DNA of 40,359 bases from an uncultured Dehalococcoidia bacterium (lineage in GTDB: Bacteria; Chloroflexota; Dehalococcoidia; UBA2247; RBG-13-53-26): assembly GCA_964409515.1 (NCBI GenBank), contig CAYPDY010000004.1:1-40359 (forward strand), given 5' to 3'. Every line of letters starts with the position of its first letter. Within the stretch, counting starts at the first letter, position 1. Below the pieces are notes generated by a model that had not been told where the DNA came from, searched no databases, and saw nothing but the letters and a program-made list of their open reading frames with translations. Of the stretch, positions 8,742-19,000 are shown piece after piece. A program made the translations under genes and the position numbers.

Positions 8742-9104
8742 ATGGCGAAGGAATGGCAGGATCTGCTGAAGATGACCCAGGGCAAACCGGTGACGGTGGA
8801 GCGAGTCCGGCTGGTGGACGACGACATCGCCATTGAAGGGAGCTTCCTGCTGCCTCCCCTGGCCAGCCTGTCGGCCGAGGACCAGGTCTTCGTCATGGCC
8901 TTCGTCCGCTCCCACGGCTCGATCAAGGGGATGGAGGAGATGTTCGGCATAAGCTACCCCACGGTCAAGAACCGGCTGAACCGCATCGCCCGGCGGCTGG
9001 AGTTCGTGGAGATTGTGAAAGGCTCCCCGGGCGAAGAGGTCCTGGACGGGCTGGAGCGCGGCGAGATCTCCGTCGAAGAGGCGATAAGGAGGTTGGAGGA
9101 ATGA
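8742..9104 (+). CDS. DUF2089-family protein (putative DNA-binding)
   Basis: VERVRLVDDDIAIEGSFLLPPLASLSAEDQVFVMAFVRSHGSIKGMEEMFGISYPTVKNRLNRIARRL matches my recollection of DUF2089, which has a C-terminal HTH-like segment. Confidence 0.7.
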   Translation: MAKEWQDLLKMTQGKPVTVERVRLVDDDIAIEGSFLLPPLASLSAEDQVFVMAFVRSHGSIKGMEEMFGISYPTVKNRLNRIARRLEFVEIVKGSPGEEVLDGLERGEISVEEAIRRLEE

Positions 9105-9379
9105 AGCGGCCACCCATGCTGATGCACGTGAGGATCCAGGAAGGGAAAGGGGGATTTGGCTTCTGGCTGCCCCTGTTCCTGCTGCTGCCGCTGGCGCTGG
9201 TGGTGTTCATCATCCTCTCCCCGCTGATATTCATGGCCACCGTCATCCTGTGGCCCACCGGCTGGGGGAAGAGGGCGTGGTCCATCCTGAGGACCTCTCT
9301 CGAGGCCTTCTGGTCCATGCGGGGCCTCAGCGTCGATGTGCACACCGGCGGTCAATGCGTGACCATTTCCGTCGTTTAG
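9101..9379 (+). CDS. small membrane protein (2 predicted TM helices)
   Basis: Its start overlaps the DUF2089 stop in an ATGA arrangement. The hydrophobic segments are FGFWLPLFLLLPLALVVFIILSPLIFMATVILWP. Confidence 0.6.
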   Translation: MKRPPMLMHVRIQEGKGGFGFWLPLFLLLPLALVVFIILSPLIFMATVILWPTGWGKRAWSILRTSLEAFWSMRGLSVDVHTGGQCVTISVV

Positions 9380-9401
9380 GCGAGATAGGGAGGACAGAAC
9401 C

Positions 9402-9854
9402 ATGACTGACAAGACCGACAACAAGAAGCGAATCCTGGATATGCTGGCCCAGAACAAGATAAGCGCCGATGACGCCTACCGCCTGCTCAGCGCCGTAGAT
9501 AGCGGGGAGGGCGGACGCGAGGGCGCCGCCAGGGCGGAGACGGCAGTGAAGGGCAAGGCCAAGTACCTGCGCGTCACGGTGCTGCCGGACCCCGAAGCCG
9601 AGAAGACCGGCAACTACGACCGGGTGAACATCCGCGTGCCCATGTCGCTGATACGGGCCGGCATCAAGCTGACCTCCCTGATACCGTCTGAAGCCCGGGA
9701 CAAGGTGAACCTGGCCCTGCACGAGAAGGGCATCGACTTCGACGAGCGCAACATGAAGCCGGAAGACATCGAGGAGCTCATCGGGGCCCTGGGCGACCTG
9801 GAAGTGGATGTCATCAGCAAGACCGGAGAGAAGGTAAAGGTATACGTGGAGTGA
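9402..9854 (+). CDS. SHOCT-like / DUF2089-associated protein
   Basis: The N-terminus ILDMLAQNKISADDAYRLLSAV is SHOCT-like. The C-terminal half, YLRVTVLPD...VNIRVPMSLIRAGIKL...IEELIGALGDLEVDV, is of the kind usually encoded next to DUF2089. Confidence 0.6.
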   Translation: MTDKTDNKKRILDMLAQNKISADDAYRLLSAVDSGEGGREGAARAETAVKGKAKYLRVTVLPDPEAEKTGNYDRVNIRVPMSLIRAGIKLTSLIPSEARDKVNLALHEKGIDFDERNMKPEDIEELIGALGDLEVDVISKTGEKVKVYVE

Positions 9855-9882
9855 GCGGGCTTTCGCGGGCGGAAGCCCGCTC
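9853..9882 (+). terminator. GC-rich hairpin overlapping the stop codon (attenuator or terminator-like, no U-tract)
   Basis: GAGCGGGCTT (9853-9862) pairs with AAGCCCGCTC (9873-9882) around a 10-nt loop. Confidence 0.35.
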
Positions 9883-9918
9883 GGTCCCGGGCAGAAAACT
9901 TGGCTAGGAGGTGCGTTC

Positions 9919-10569
9919 ATGGTTCAAGGCGTGCAACCCTATCCGGCGACCCTATCGGTGGACTACCCTGACCGCGAACTGAACCGGCTGACCACGTTCT
10001 TTCGTCTCATAACCGTCATTCCGATAGCCATCATCCTGACCCTGGTTACCAGCGCCGCCTTCAGCTCGAACTCCGGCGATGAGACGGAGTGGGCAGTGAG
10101 CGCCTCCGCCGGCGGAGTGCTCTTCCTGGCTACCATGTTCATGCAGGTCTTCCGGCAGAAGTACCCGCGCTGGTGGTTCGACTGGAACATCGCCCTGACC
10201 AGGTTCAGCACGCGGGTGGGAGCCTACCTGTGCCTGCTGAGAGACGAGTACCCGTCCACCGACGAGGAGCAGGCCGTGCACATCGAGATACCCTACCCGG
10301 ATGTGAAGAAGGACCTGAACCAGTGGCTGCCGCTGGTGAAGTGGCTGCTGGCCATCCCGCACTACATCGTCCTCTTCTTCCTGAGCATCGCCGCCATCTT
10401 CGTGGTGATAGTGGCCTGGTTTGCCATACTGTTCACCGGCCGTTACCCTAAGGGACTCTTCGACTTCGTGGTCGGAGTGATGCGGTGGTCACTGAGGGTC
10501 GATGCATACGCCATCCTGCTCACCACCGACAAGTATCCGCCATTCAGCCTGGAAGCGCAGGCCCAGTAG
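9919..10569 (+). CDS. DUF4389-family membrane protein
   Basis: The N-terminus YPATLSVDYPDRELNRLTTFFRLITVIPIAIIL and the repeated segment WLLAIPHYIVLFFLSIAAIFVVIVAWFAILFTGRYPKGLFDF are typical of DUF4389. The SD is TAGGAGG. Confidence 0.7.
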   Translation: MVQGVQPYPATLSVDYPDRELNRLTTFFRLITVIPIAIILTLVTSAAFSSNSGDETEWAVSASAGGVLFLATMFMQVFRQKYPRWWFDWNIALTRFSTRVGAYLCLLRDEYPSTDEEQAVHIEIPYPDVKKDLNQWLPLVKWLLAIPHYIVLFFLSIAAIFVVIVAWFAILFTGRYPKGLFDFVVGVMRWSLRVDAYAILLTTDKYPPFSLEAQAQ

Positions 10570-10578
10570 GAGGAAATC

Positions 10579-10716
10579 ATGAAGGAAGCATCTTTCGGAG
10601 GGACGCTCTGGTTTGCCGGCTGGCTGTTCAGTATCGGCTTCGCCCACCTGGTGTGGTGGAAGGTCATCCTGGGCCTCGTAGTGTGGCCGTACTTCCTGGG
10701 CACCTACCTCGGCTAG
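10579..10716 (+). CDS. unannotated 45-aa hydrophobic membrane peptide
   Basis: It is absent from the ORF track because it is under 60 aa. The ATG lies 5 nt after AGGAGG (10568-10573), and the sequence is MKEASFGGTLWFAGWLFSIGFAHLVWWKVILGLVVWPYFLGTYLG. It starts 9 nt after the DUF4389 stop. Confidence 0.6.
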   Translation: MKEASFGGTLWFAGWLFSIGFAHLVWWKVILGLVVWPYFLGTYLG

Positions 10717-10794
10717 GCCGGTCCGGGGCTTTCCCGTTGCCGGCAGCGCGGTTGACAGCGGGGTTGCCCCCGGCCAGAAGGTACAGGGCCTCTG

Positions 10795-10824
10795 TTGTTA
10801 GGCGCACGATCGGGATGCTATAAT
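10795..10824 (+). promoter_or_regulatory. promoter giving a leaderless or near-leaderless transcript
   Basis: TTGTTA (10795-10800), an 18-nt spacer and TATAAT (10819-10824). The ATG at 10833 is only 8 nt after the -10 box and has no SD. Confidence 0.5.
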
Positions 10825-10832
10825 TTGCCGGA

Positions 10833-11318
10833 ATGTCACACATGTGCGTCGCCGTCATCGGCGGCAGCGCGTGCTCAGCCGAGGACGCCCGGGTGGCGGA
10901 GGCGGTGGGGCGGGGGCTGGCCAGCCGGGGAGCGGCGCTGGTGTGCGGGGGACTGGGCGGCGTCATGGAGGCCGCCTGCCGGGGTGCCAAATCGGCCGGA
11001 GGGCTGACGGTGGGCATCCTCCCCGGAGATGACCGGCGATCGGCCAACTCCAACGTGGACATACCGGTGGTCACCGGCATGGGCCACGCGCGCAATGCCA
11101 TCGTGGTGAAGACCGCCCAGGCGGTCATCGCCATCGACGGCAGCTACGGTACTCTCTCGGAAATAGCTCTCGCACTCCAGAACGGCATCGCAGTCATCGG
11201 ACTCGGCACCTGGGCCCTCACTCTCCGTGGACAGGCTGACCAGTCCATAGTCGAGGCTCGGGACGCGGACGAAGCCGTCGAGAAAGCCATTGCTGCGGCA
11301 GGAAAGAGGAGGGACTAG
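10833..11318 (+). CDS. TIGR00725-family (LOG/SLOG-like Rossmann) protein
   Basis: VAVIGGS...[31 protein letters not shown]...[14 protein letters not shown]...[16 protein letters not shown] matches the family. Confidence 0.7.
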   Translation: MSHMCVAVIGGSACSAEDARVAEAVGRGLASRGAALVCGGLGGVMEAACRGAKSAGGLTVGILPGDDRRSANSNVDIPVVTGMGHARNAIVVKTAQAVIAIDGSYGTLSEIALALQNGIAVIGLGTWALTLRGQADQSIVEARDADEAVEKAIAAAGKRRD

Positions 11319-11320
11319 CC

Positions 11321-12619
11321 ATGTTGTCAAGAACGGGGACGATCAAGGATGTGTCCGCCTGGGAGATCCTCGACTCGCGGGGCAATCCCACCGTGGCGGT
11401 GGAGGTCAAGCTGTTCGACGGCTCGTCGGCTGCGGCGGCCGTTCCCTCCGGAGCCAGCACCGGCACCTATGAGGCGCTGGAGCTGCGTGATGGAGACAAG
11501 AAGCGCTTCCGCGGGTTGGGCGTCCTTCAGGCAGTGAAGAACGTCAACCAGGAAATCAGGGCCGCCGTGGTCGGGCTCTCCGTCGCCGACCAGGCCAACA
11601 TCGACCAGAAGATGATCGACCTCGACGGCACGGAGGACAAGTCACGCCTGGGGGCCAATGCCATCCTGGGCGTCTCGCTGGCCACCGCCCATGCCGCGGC
11701 CAAGTTCCTCAAGATTCCCCTCTATCGTCACCTGGGCGGCGCCAATGCCTGCACCCTGCCCGTGCCGATGCTCAACATCCTCAACGGCGGCAGGCACGCG
11801 CACGATTCCACGGATTTCCAGGAGTTCATGATAGTCCCCAGCGGAGCGGAGAGCTTCGCCGACTCCGTCCGCATCGGCAGCGAGGTCTACCACGCCCTCC
11901 GGTCCGTGCTCCAGGAGAACGGGCTGAACACCAACGTGGGGGACGAGGGCGGGTTCGCGCCGTCCCTCAAGTCGAACCGCCAGGCGGTCGAAATGATCAT
12001 CAAGGCCATTGAGAAGGCGGGCTACAGGCCGGGCAAGGACTGCTTCATTGCCCTGGACCCGGCGGCCAGCACCTTCTACGAGCAGGGAAAGTACCACCTG
12101 GCCAAAGAGCGGGCCACGCTCACCAGCAAGGACCTGGTCAACTACTACGCCGAGTGGGCGGCCGCCTTCCCCATCATCAGCATCGAGGACGGGATGGCCG
12201 AGGATGACTGGGAAGGGTGGCATTCCCTGCGGGACAAACTGGGCCAGAAGGTGCAGCTGGTGGGCGATGATCTGTACGCCACCAACCTCAAGCGCCTGGA
12301 GCGCGGCATCACCGGCCACGCGTCCAATTCGGTCCTGGTGAAGCCCAACCAGGTGGGGACCCTGACCGAATCCATCAAGGTCATCCGGAGAGCCCGGCAG
12401 GTGAGCTGGACCACCGTGATAAGCCACCGCTCCGGCGAGACCGAGGACACCACCATAGCCGACCTGTCCGTAGCCATGAACACCGGCCTGATCAAGGCCG
12501 GGGCCCCCTGCCGCTCCGAGAGGAACTGCAAGTACAACCGCCTCATCCGGATAGAGCAGGAGCTGGGCTCCGAGGGTCGCTTCCCCGGACAGCAGGCATT
12601 CTTCAGCCTGGGCAAGTAG
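11321..12619 (+). CDS. eno: enolase
   Basis: [14 protein letters not shown]...[19 protein letters not shown]...[18 protein letters not shown] are canonical enolase motifs. The protein is 432 aa. Confidence 0.95.
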   Translation: MLSRTGTIKDVSAWEILDSRGNPTVAVEVKLFDGSSAAAAVPSGASTGTYEALELRDGDKKRFRGLGVLQAVKNVNQEIRAAVVGLSVADQANIDQKMIDLDGTEDKSRLGANAILGVSLATAHAAAKFLKIPLYRHLGGANACTLPVPMLNILNGGRHAHDSTDFQEFMIVPSGAESFADSVRIGSEVYHALRSVLQENGLNTNVGDEGGFAPSLKSNRQAVEMIIKAIEKAGYRPGKDCFIALDPAASTFYEQGKYHLAKERATLTSKDLVNYYAEWAAAFPIISIEDGMAEDDWEGWHSLRDKLGQKVQLVGDDLYATNLKRLERGITGHASNSVLVKPNQVGTLTESIKVIRRARQVSWTTVISHRSGETEDTTIADLSVAMNTGLIKAGAPCRSERNCKYNRLIRIEQELGSEGRFPGQQAFFSLGK

Positions 12620-12621
12620 CC

Positions 12622-13626
12622 ATGGAGATCCTCCCGGGCATACACCAGCTGAAGCTGCCGTTCCCCCTCCAGCCGGAGGAGCTGGCCGTCAACGCCTATC
12701 TCATACAGGGGGACGGGGGCTGCCTGCTGGTGGACACCGGCTGGAACATCAACCAGGCGTACTCCGCCATGGAGCGCCAGCTGCGGGAGATCGGCCTGGG
12801 ATTCGCGGACATATCCCTCATCCTGATCACCCACTTCCATCCCGACCACTACGGTCTCGCCGGCCGCCTGGTGCAGGTCTCCGGGGCCAGAGTGGCCCTT
12901 CACCGGATCGAGAGGGACTTCATCGACGCCCGGTACATGAACATGGATGCGCTGCTGGACCAGACCGCCGATATCCTCCGCGCCAATGGCGTGCCGGAGA
13001 AGGACCTCCCGCGGCTGCAGAAGGCCTCCCTGGGTGTCAGGCGGTACGTGGCACCGGTTTCGCCGGAGGTGGTGCTGGAGGGCGGGGAGATCATCGGCCA
13101 GGGACCGTACCGGTTCGAGGTGCTCTGGACGCCGGGGCACTCGCCCGGTCATGTCTGCCTGCTGGAGCGGAACGCGAAGATTCTCATCTCGGGCGATCAC
13201 GTGCTGCCGGCCACCTTCCCCAATGTCGGCCTTCACTCGCAGTCGGGCCCGGACCCACTCCCGAACTACCTGCGTTCGTTGCGGGCCGTCGAGGACCTGG
13301 ACGTTGACCTGGTGCTGCCGGCGCACGAGCACGTCTTCAGCCCGCTGGCGCCGCGGATCCAGGAGATAATCCACCACCATGAAGAGCGGAGGAACGCCAT
13401 CCTGGCTGCGCTCAACGCGGGGCCCCAGACCGCCTACGAGGTGTCGCTGCGGATACCCTGGATCGTGAACGGCCTCAACCTGTCCTACGACCAGCTCCAA
13501 GCCCTGGACCGGCGCCTGGCCGTGATGTCGGCCATGGCCCACCTGGAGCCGCTGTGCAGCGAAGGATCGGCAGCCAGGGTCCAACGGGATGGCATCACGG
13601 TCTACAGCCTGCCGGGGGTCCGGTGA
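12622..13626 (+). CDS. MBL-fold metallo-hydrolase
   Basis: The HxHxDH motif is ITHFHPDHYG, followed by TPGHSPGH. The gene starts 2 nt after the eno stop. Confidence 0.8.
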   Translation: MEILPGIHQLKLPFPLQPEELAVNAYLIQGDGGCLLVDTGWNINQAYSAMERQLREIGLGFADISLILITHFHPDHYGLAGRLVQVSGARVALHRIERDFIDARYMNMDALLDQTADILRANGVPEKDLPRLQKASLGVRRYVAPVSPEVVLEGGEIIGQGPYRFEVLWTPGHSPGHVCLLERNAKILISGDHVLPATFPNVGLHSQSGPDPLPNYLRSLRAVEDLDVDLVLPAHEHVFSPLAPRIQEIIHHHEERRNAILAALNAGPQTAYEVSLRIPWIVNGLNLSYDQLQALDRRLAVMSAMAHLEPLCSEGSAARVQRDGITVYSLPGVR

Positions 13627-14666
13627 AGGCCATCGGGGTAACCACTACCGTCCCCGTGGAAGTGCTCCTGGCTGCCGGCTGCCAGCCGGTGGACCTGAAC
13701 AACCTCTTCATCGGCGACCCTGACCCCGACCGCCTGGTAGGCATCGCCGAGAGGGCGGGCTTCCCCCAGAACTGCTGTACGTGGATCAAGGGCATCTACG
13801 GCGCCTGCGTCGACCGCGGGGTGGGCACCGTGCTTTGCGTGACCACCGGCGACTGCTCCAACACCATCATGCTCATGGAGGTGCTGAAGCTGCGGGGGTT
13901 CAGGGTGATCCCCTTCGCCTATCCGGACCACCCCGATGCCGGCCTGATGCGGGCGCGCCTGCTGGCCCTGGCGGACTCCCTGGGCACCACGCTGGAGGCC
14001 GCGGAAGGAATGAGGCAGGAGCTGGCCCCCTGCCGCCGGCTTACCGGGAGGCTGGACAGGATGACCTGGAAGGAGAACACGGTCAGCGGCTGGGAGAACC
14101 ACATCTGGCTGGTGTCCAGCTCGGATTTTGCCGGCGATCATCATCGATACCGGCGGGAGCTGCAGGGCTTCCTGGCCGAATGCCGCCAGCGCCAGCCCTT
14201 CACTGGAGAAATCCGCCTGGCCTACATCGGCGTGCCTCCGGTCTTCGCCCGGGACCTGCACCGCTTCCTGGAGCAGCACGGCGCCAGGGTGGTATACAAC
14301 GAGGTACAGCGGCAGTTTGCCATGCCCCGCGGCGGAGACTCGCTGGAGGAGCAGTACTCGAACTACACCTATCCCTACTCCATATTCGACCGCATCAAGG
14401 ACATCAGGGCCGAGCTGCGCCGCCGGAGGGTCGACGGAGTCATCCACTACGTTCAGGCTTTCTGTCACCGGGCCATTGGTGATATCATATTCCGTGGGGA
14501 GCTCGACTTGCCCCTGATAACACTCGAAGGAAACGCCGACTACGTGCTGACTCCGCACCTGCGGACGAAGGTGGAGGCGTTCCTCGACCTGATAGGACGC
14601 AGTCGCCGTCAGTCCCGGGAAGCAGGTGGTTCCATGAAAGGTAGGGCGTATGGGTTCAGTTCGTAA
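13623..14666 (+). CDS. 2-hydroxyacyl-CoA dehydratase family protein (HgdB/BcrC-like, single subunit)
   Basis: The likely GTG start overlaps the MBL stop (GTGA at 13623-13626). Cys-containing segments NCCTWIKGIYGAC, TTGDCSNT and DGVIHYVQAFCHRA resemble the HGD-D family. The track ORF begins earlier, at 13554. Confidence 0.55.
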   Translation: MKAIGVTTTVPVEVLLAAGCQPVDLNNLFIGDPDPDRLVGIAERAGFPQNCCTWIKGIYGACVDRGVGTVLCVTTGDCSNTIMLMEVLKLRGFRVIPFAYPDHPDAGLMRARLLALADSLGTTLEAAEGMRQELAPCRRLTGRLDRMTWKENTVSGWENHIWLVSSSDFAGDHHRYRRELQGFLAECRQRQPFTGEIRLAYIGVPPVFARDLHRFLEQHGARVVYNEVQRQFAMPRGGDSLEEQYSNYTYPYSIFDRIKDIRAELRRRRVDGVIHYVQAFCHRAIGDIIFRGELDLPLITLEGNADYVLTPHLRTKVEAFLDLIGRSRRQSREAGGSMKGRAYGFSS

Positions 14667-14745
14667 GTGGCGTCAGAAGAAAATGGCCAAGCACAAGCAC
14701 AAGAAGATGATGAAGAAGACCCGGTGGGAGCGGAAGCACAAGTAG
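14650..14745 (+). CDS. 31-aa highly basic peptide, bS22-like (AURKAIP1/COX24-domain)
   Basis: It is not in the ORF track. The sequence MGSVRKWRQKKMAKHKHKKMMKKTRWERKHK matches the MGSV(I/R)KKRRKRMxKKKHRKLL pattern of actinobacterial bS22. It overlaps the previous gene by 17 nt. Confidence 0.6.
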   Translation: MGSVRKWRQKKMAKHKHKKMMKKTRWERKHK

Positions 14746-14780
14746 TCTTCTTGGCGACTTCAATACCATAGATACATGGG

Positions 14781-14806
14781 CGGGGGCAGACCGGCCGGTC
14801 TGCCCC
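14781..14806 (+). terminator. perfect 13-bp GC palindrome or hairpin (terminator-like, no U-tract)
   Basis: GGGGGCAGACCGG (14781-14793) pairs with CCGGTCTGCCCCC (14794-14806), between the bS22-like ORF and gap. Confidence 0.45.
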
Positions 14807-14852
14807 CGGCAATCCAAGGCGTAAGCTTGCCCGCGTTCCCAACACAGCTTGA

Positions 14853-15878
<1,026 letters not shown>

Positions 15879-16020
15879 GCCAAGCCTGTCCCGGCAACGA
15901 TCAGGCTCTTGACGCGAGGCTATCCTGGCATATACCATCGTGCATCATGCTCGTGCAACCAAGCACCTGTCTTGTTCGTTTCTATTGTATGGACCCTTGC
16001 CGCTGCGGACTTGACGGGAA

Positions 16021-19000
16021 ATGAAAATCGGCAGCTCAGCGAGGTGCCGGCGCGCTCTGTTCGTCCTTTTCGTCGCTCTCATGGTCTGCTGCCTGGCCTT
16101 GGGAATTGACGCTCTGCCCCGGCCCTGGCCGGCGGAGTCGAATGCGCCCGCGTCTGAGGCAGCCGCCAGCCCCTCCGTCACCTGCATGCCTTTCGGCCTC
16201 TACGGTGACATCACCACCCGGCCGCTGGTCGACAGGCTAAGCGATGGCGGCGACAACCTGACGTTCGTGGGCACCACCAACGGGCTCTACGTGGTAGCCT
16301 CTGGCGGCAGGCTGCAGCATTTCCTCTACTCACCCTTCGGCATCAGGCACATCGCCCTGATCGACGACACCACCGGTGACGGCACCCGCGAGGTAGTGGT
16401 GGCGCTGAACGACACCCAGGTGCCGGCGCTGCGCTGCTATGACGGCGCGAGCTGGGAGGAGGTATGGCGGTTCGCGCCCATGGCCAGGATCTGGGACCGG
16501 CTGTGGGTGGACCGCCAGAGCATCATCACCAACCTCGAGGTGACCGGCGAGGGGGACTCTATGGGCCTGCTGCTGACCACCGGCCGGTGCGTCCTCTCGG
16601 TGCATGCTGCCGACGGTGCGGAACAGTGGCGCTTCACCGCGTCCTCGGCACTCTGGCGGATGGTGACTCTGGCCGATCTCGACGGCGATGGCTCCGATGA
16701 GGTCCTGGCGGGGTGCAACGGCGGAGACCTCATCTGGCTGGAGGCCGCGACCGGCCGGAAGGAGTGGCAGACGAGGCTGCCGGAGCACGAGAATGCCGGG
16801 TCGGGGGCGGTGTCACACCTGCTGAGCGACATCGCCGTCCTGGATGAAGGAGAAGGACTGCTGGCCACCGCCTCTGGAGACGGCTCGGTGCAGATGTTCG
16901 ACCTGCGGGCCAGGAAGCTCATGTGGGACACGCTGGCCTTCAAGGACACGGGCAGCAATCCCTACATGTCAGACAGCGTGCTGCTGTCGCCGACGGCCGA
17001 CGTCAGCGGCGACGGCCTGGGCGAGCTCCTCCTGAGCCAAGGCCCCGACGCGGGCTCGTACCCCGGGGGTGATACCTACAGCGGATACGCGACCAGCGGC
17101 GGCCGGGCCCTCTGCGACTCCACCGGCCAGGTGGTCTGGCAAACCGACTCATCAGGTGAGGAATCGCTGGTACGGCCCGGCATGGCATTCGAAACCGGCG
17201 TTTTCGAAGGCCAGCCAGTCTTTCTGGACAGGGCCGCCTATGCTGAGAGCGGGGCCGAGTTGGAGATGGTGGACGTCAGGGACGGCCAGTCGGTCCTCCA
17301 TGCAGTCCCGCTGAATGCGATTCAGGGCCACAGCATCGTGGTGAAACAACCCGCGGGGGACGGTTACCTGGCATTCTCATCCAGCAGCGACCTGGCGGCG
17401 ATATCCGCCACCGGCGACCTGCTCTGGCACTATCCCAGGATCACCATCGTCATGGCGGAGAGAGGCAGTTTCGTCGGCAACGGCACGGAGGATGTCCTGC
17501 TCCTTTGCGGGTCCGATGCCGGGCAGAATCCGGGTCAGGAGCCTGTTGTCAGGATGCTCCGGATGATGGACGGGGCCACCGGGGCCGTGGTCTGGTCGTA
17601 CGAAGTGCCGCACGCCGAATGGGTGAGGGGCGGCGGGCTGAGGTCCTTGCAGTTGACTGGGGACTTGGCGGGCAGCGACGGCGTTCAGGACATCGCCGGC
17701 TGCCGCGGAGACAGGGCCTTCATCTTCAGCGGCCGGGACGGGGCCGTCTCCAGCTTCGACGCCGGACAGGCGGTGTCATCCCTGGAGGTCATTCGCCACG
17801 GGGCCAACGGGACGGCCTTTGCCCTAACCACATCCGACTCCGCTGGGCAGGGATACGGGTACGCGGCCGGGCTGCTGATCCTGGACCAGGCGGGCGAACC
17901 GCTGTGGTCGACCGCAACCGCCGCGTGGCTGGGTGAAGAGAGCGGCAGTTTCCTTACCCTGGATGATATCAACTCCGACAACGCCAGCGACCTGGCGGTC
18001 TTCTCCGGCAGCAGGATACTGGTACTGGGGAGCACCGACAACGCCTCGGGCTACGACCTGTGGCAGACCATCCTCCCTGAGAATGGGTTCTCCATCCGGC
18101 TGCCTGAGCTGGTAGGGGACAGTGACGGGGACGGACTGAGGGAGTTGGCCTACCTGCAGGAAAGCTCATCGGAGTCACGCGAGTCCGGAGGCGGATTCTA
18201 CGAAAGCGGCCCGTCTCACTTGCTCTGCGTGCAGTCGCTTGAGGACCGCCGGTCCCTGGTGCGGGCCGACCTGCAGGGCACCATCCGGGGCTACGATCTG
18301 GCCTGCGGGGACTTCAATGCCGATGGAGTATCGGACTCTGTGGTAAGGGTCCTCGAGGCGTTGGGGAGCGAGGACGGGTATCCCGGATACAGAACATGCT
18401 CGAGGATACTCTCCGGCAAGGACGGCGCCCTGATATGGGAGGAGGCCACCGGTGAAGAAGGCTGGGGCTTCAGCTACAGCGACGGGGGAGTGGTCTTCGG
18501 AAGCCTCCTGGCCATGAACGCCGGAGACATCAATGGGGATGGCGCCGACGAGCTGGCCTCGGTCTCCGGCGTGATGGAGGGTCGCCAGTACGGGGGCACG
18601 CTGCGGCAGCAGCGCCTGCAGGTATTCGACGTGGTCCACGACACCTTGCTCAAGGACATCGCCGCAACCCCGCTGCTCCAGGATGACAGCGGGGCCATTG
18701 TCGATGGAGGAGTCGACAGCGCCATGCAATTGGCGAACGCCGGCGCTGACGGCCACGGGGTGGCATTCATGGCGGTCGGCGAGCCGTCATTGCCGACGTA
18801 CGACCCGGACGCGTCAGCCCTCTTCGAGGGCACGGGTTCTCCGCGGCACATCGCCCTCATCGACCTGGAGAGCGGCCGCCGGCTGTGCGCCTTCACCGGC
18901 TTTGACCCGGCCGGCGTCTCGGTGCTGGGGAGTCGGATCCCCGGCACACTGACTGTGGCCGCCTGCGGTGGGCTCTGCTCCCTGCACCTCGACGCTGATC

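Noticed and set aside
12145-13584. Long antisense ORFs in the track, for example 12145..13584 (-), 13602..14558 (-), 14868..15938 (-), 19511..20668 (-), 22500..23693 (-), 24760..25644 (+), 31838..32806 (+), 34431..35417 (+) and 124..855 (-).
   Set aside because: Each lies opposite a gene with unmistakable family motifs (eno, MBL, gap, ABC ATPase and others). Their translations are Arg/Gly/Pro/Ala-rich low-complexity strings typical of shadow ORFs in GC-rich DNA. None has a convincing SD.
15909-15936. A possible promoter for the giant-propeller operon (TTGACG, a 16-nt spacer, TATACC).
   Set aside because: The -10 hexamer lacks the invariant final T and the spacing is suboptimal. The operon may instead be read through from gap or use a promoter I cannot recognise.
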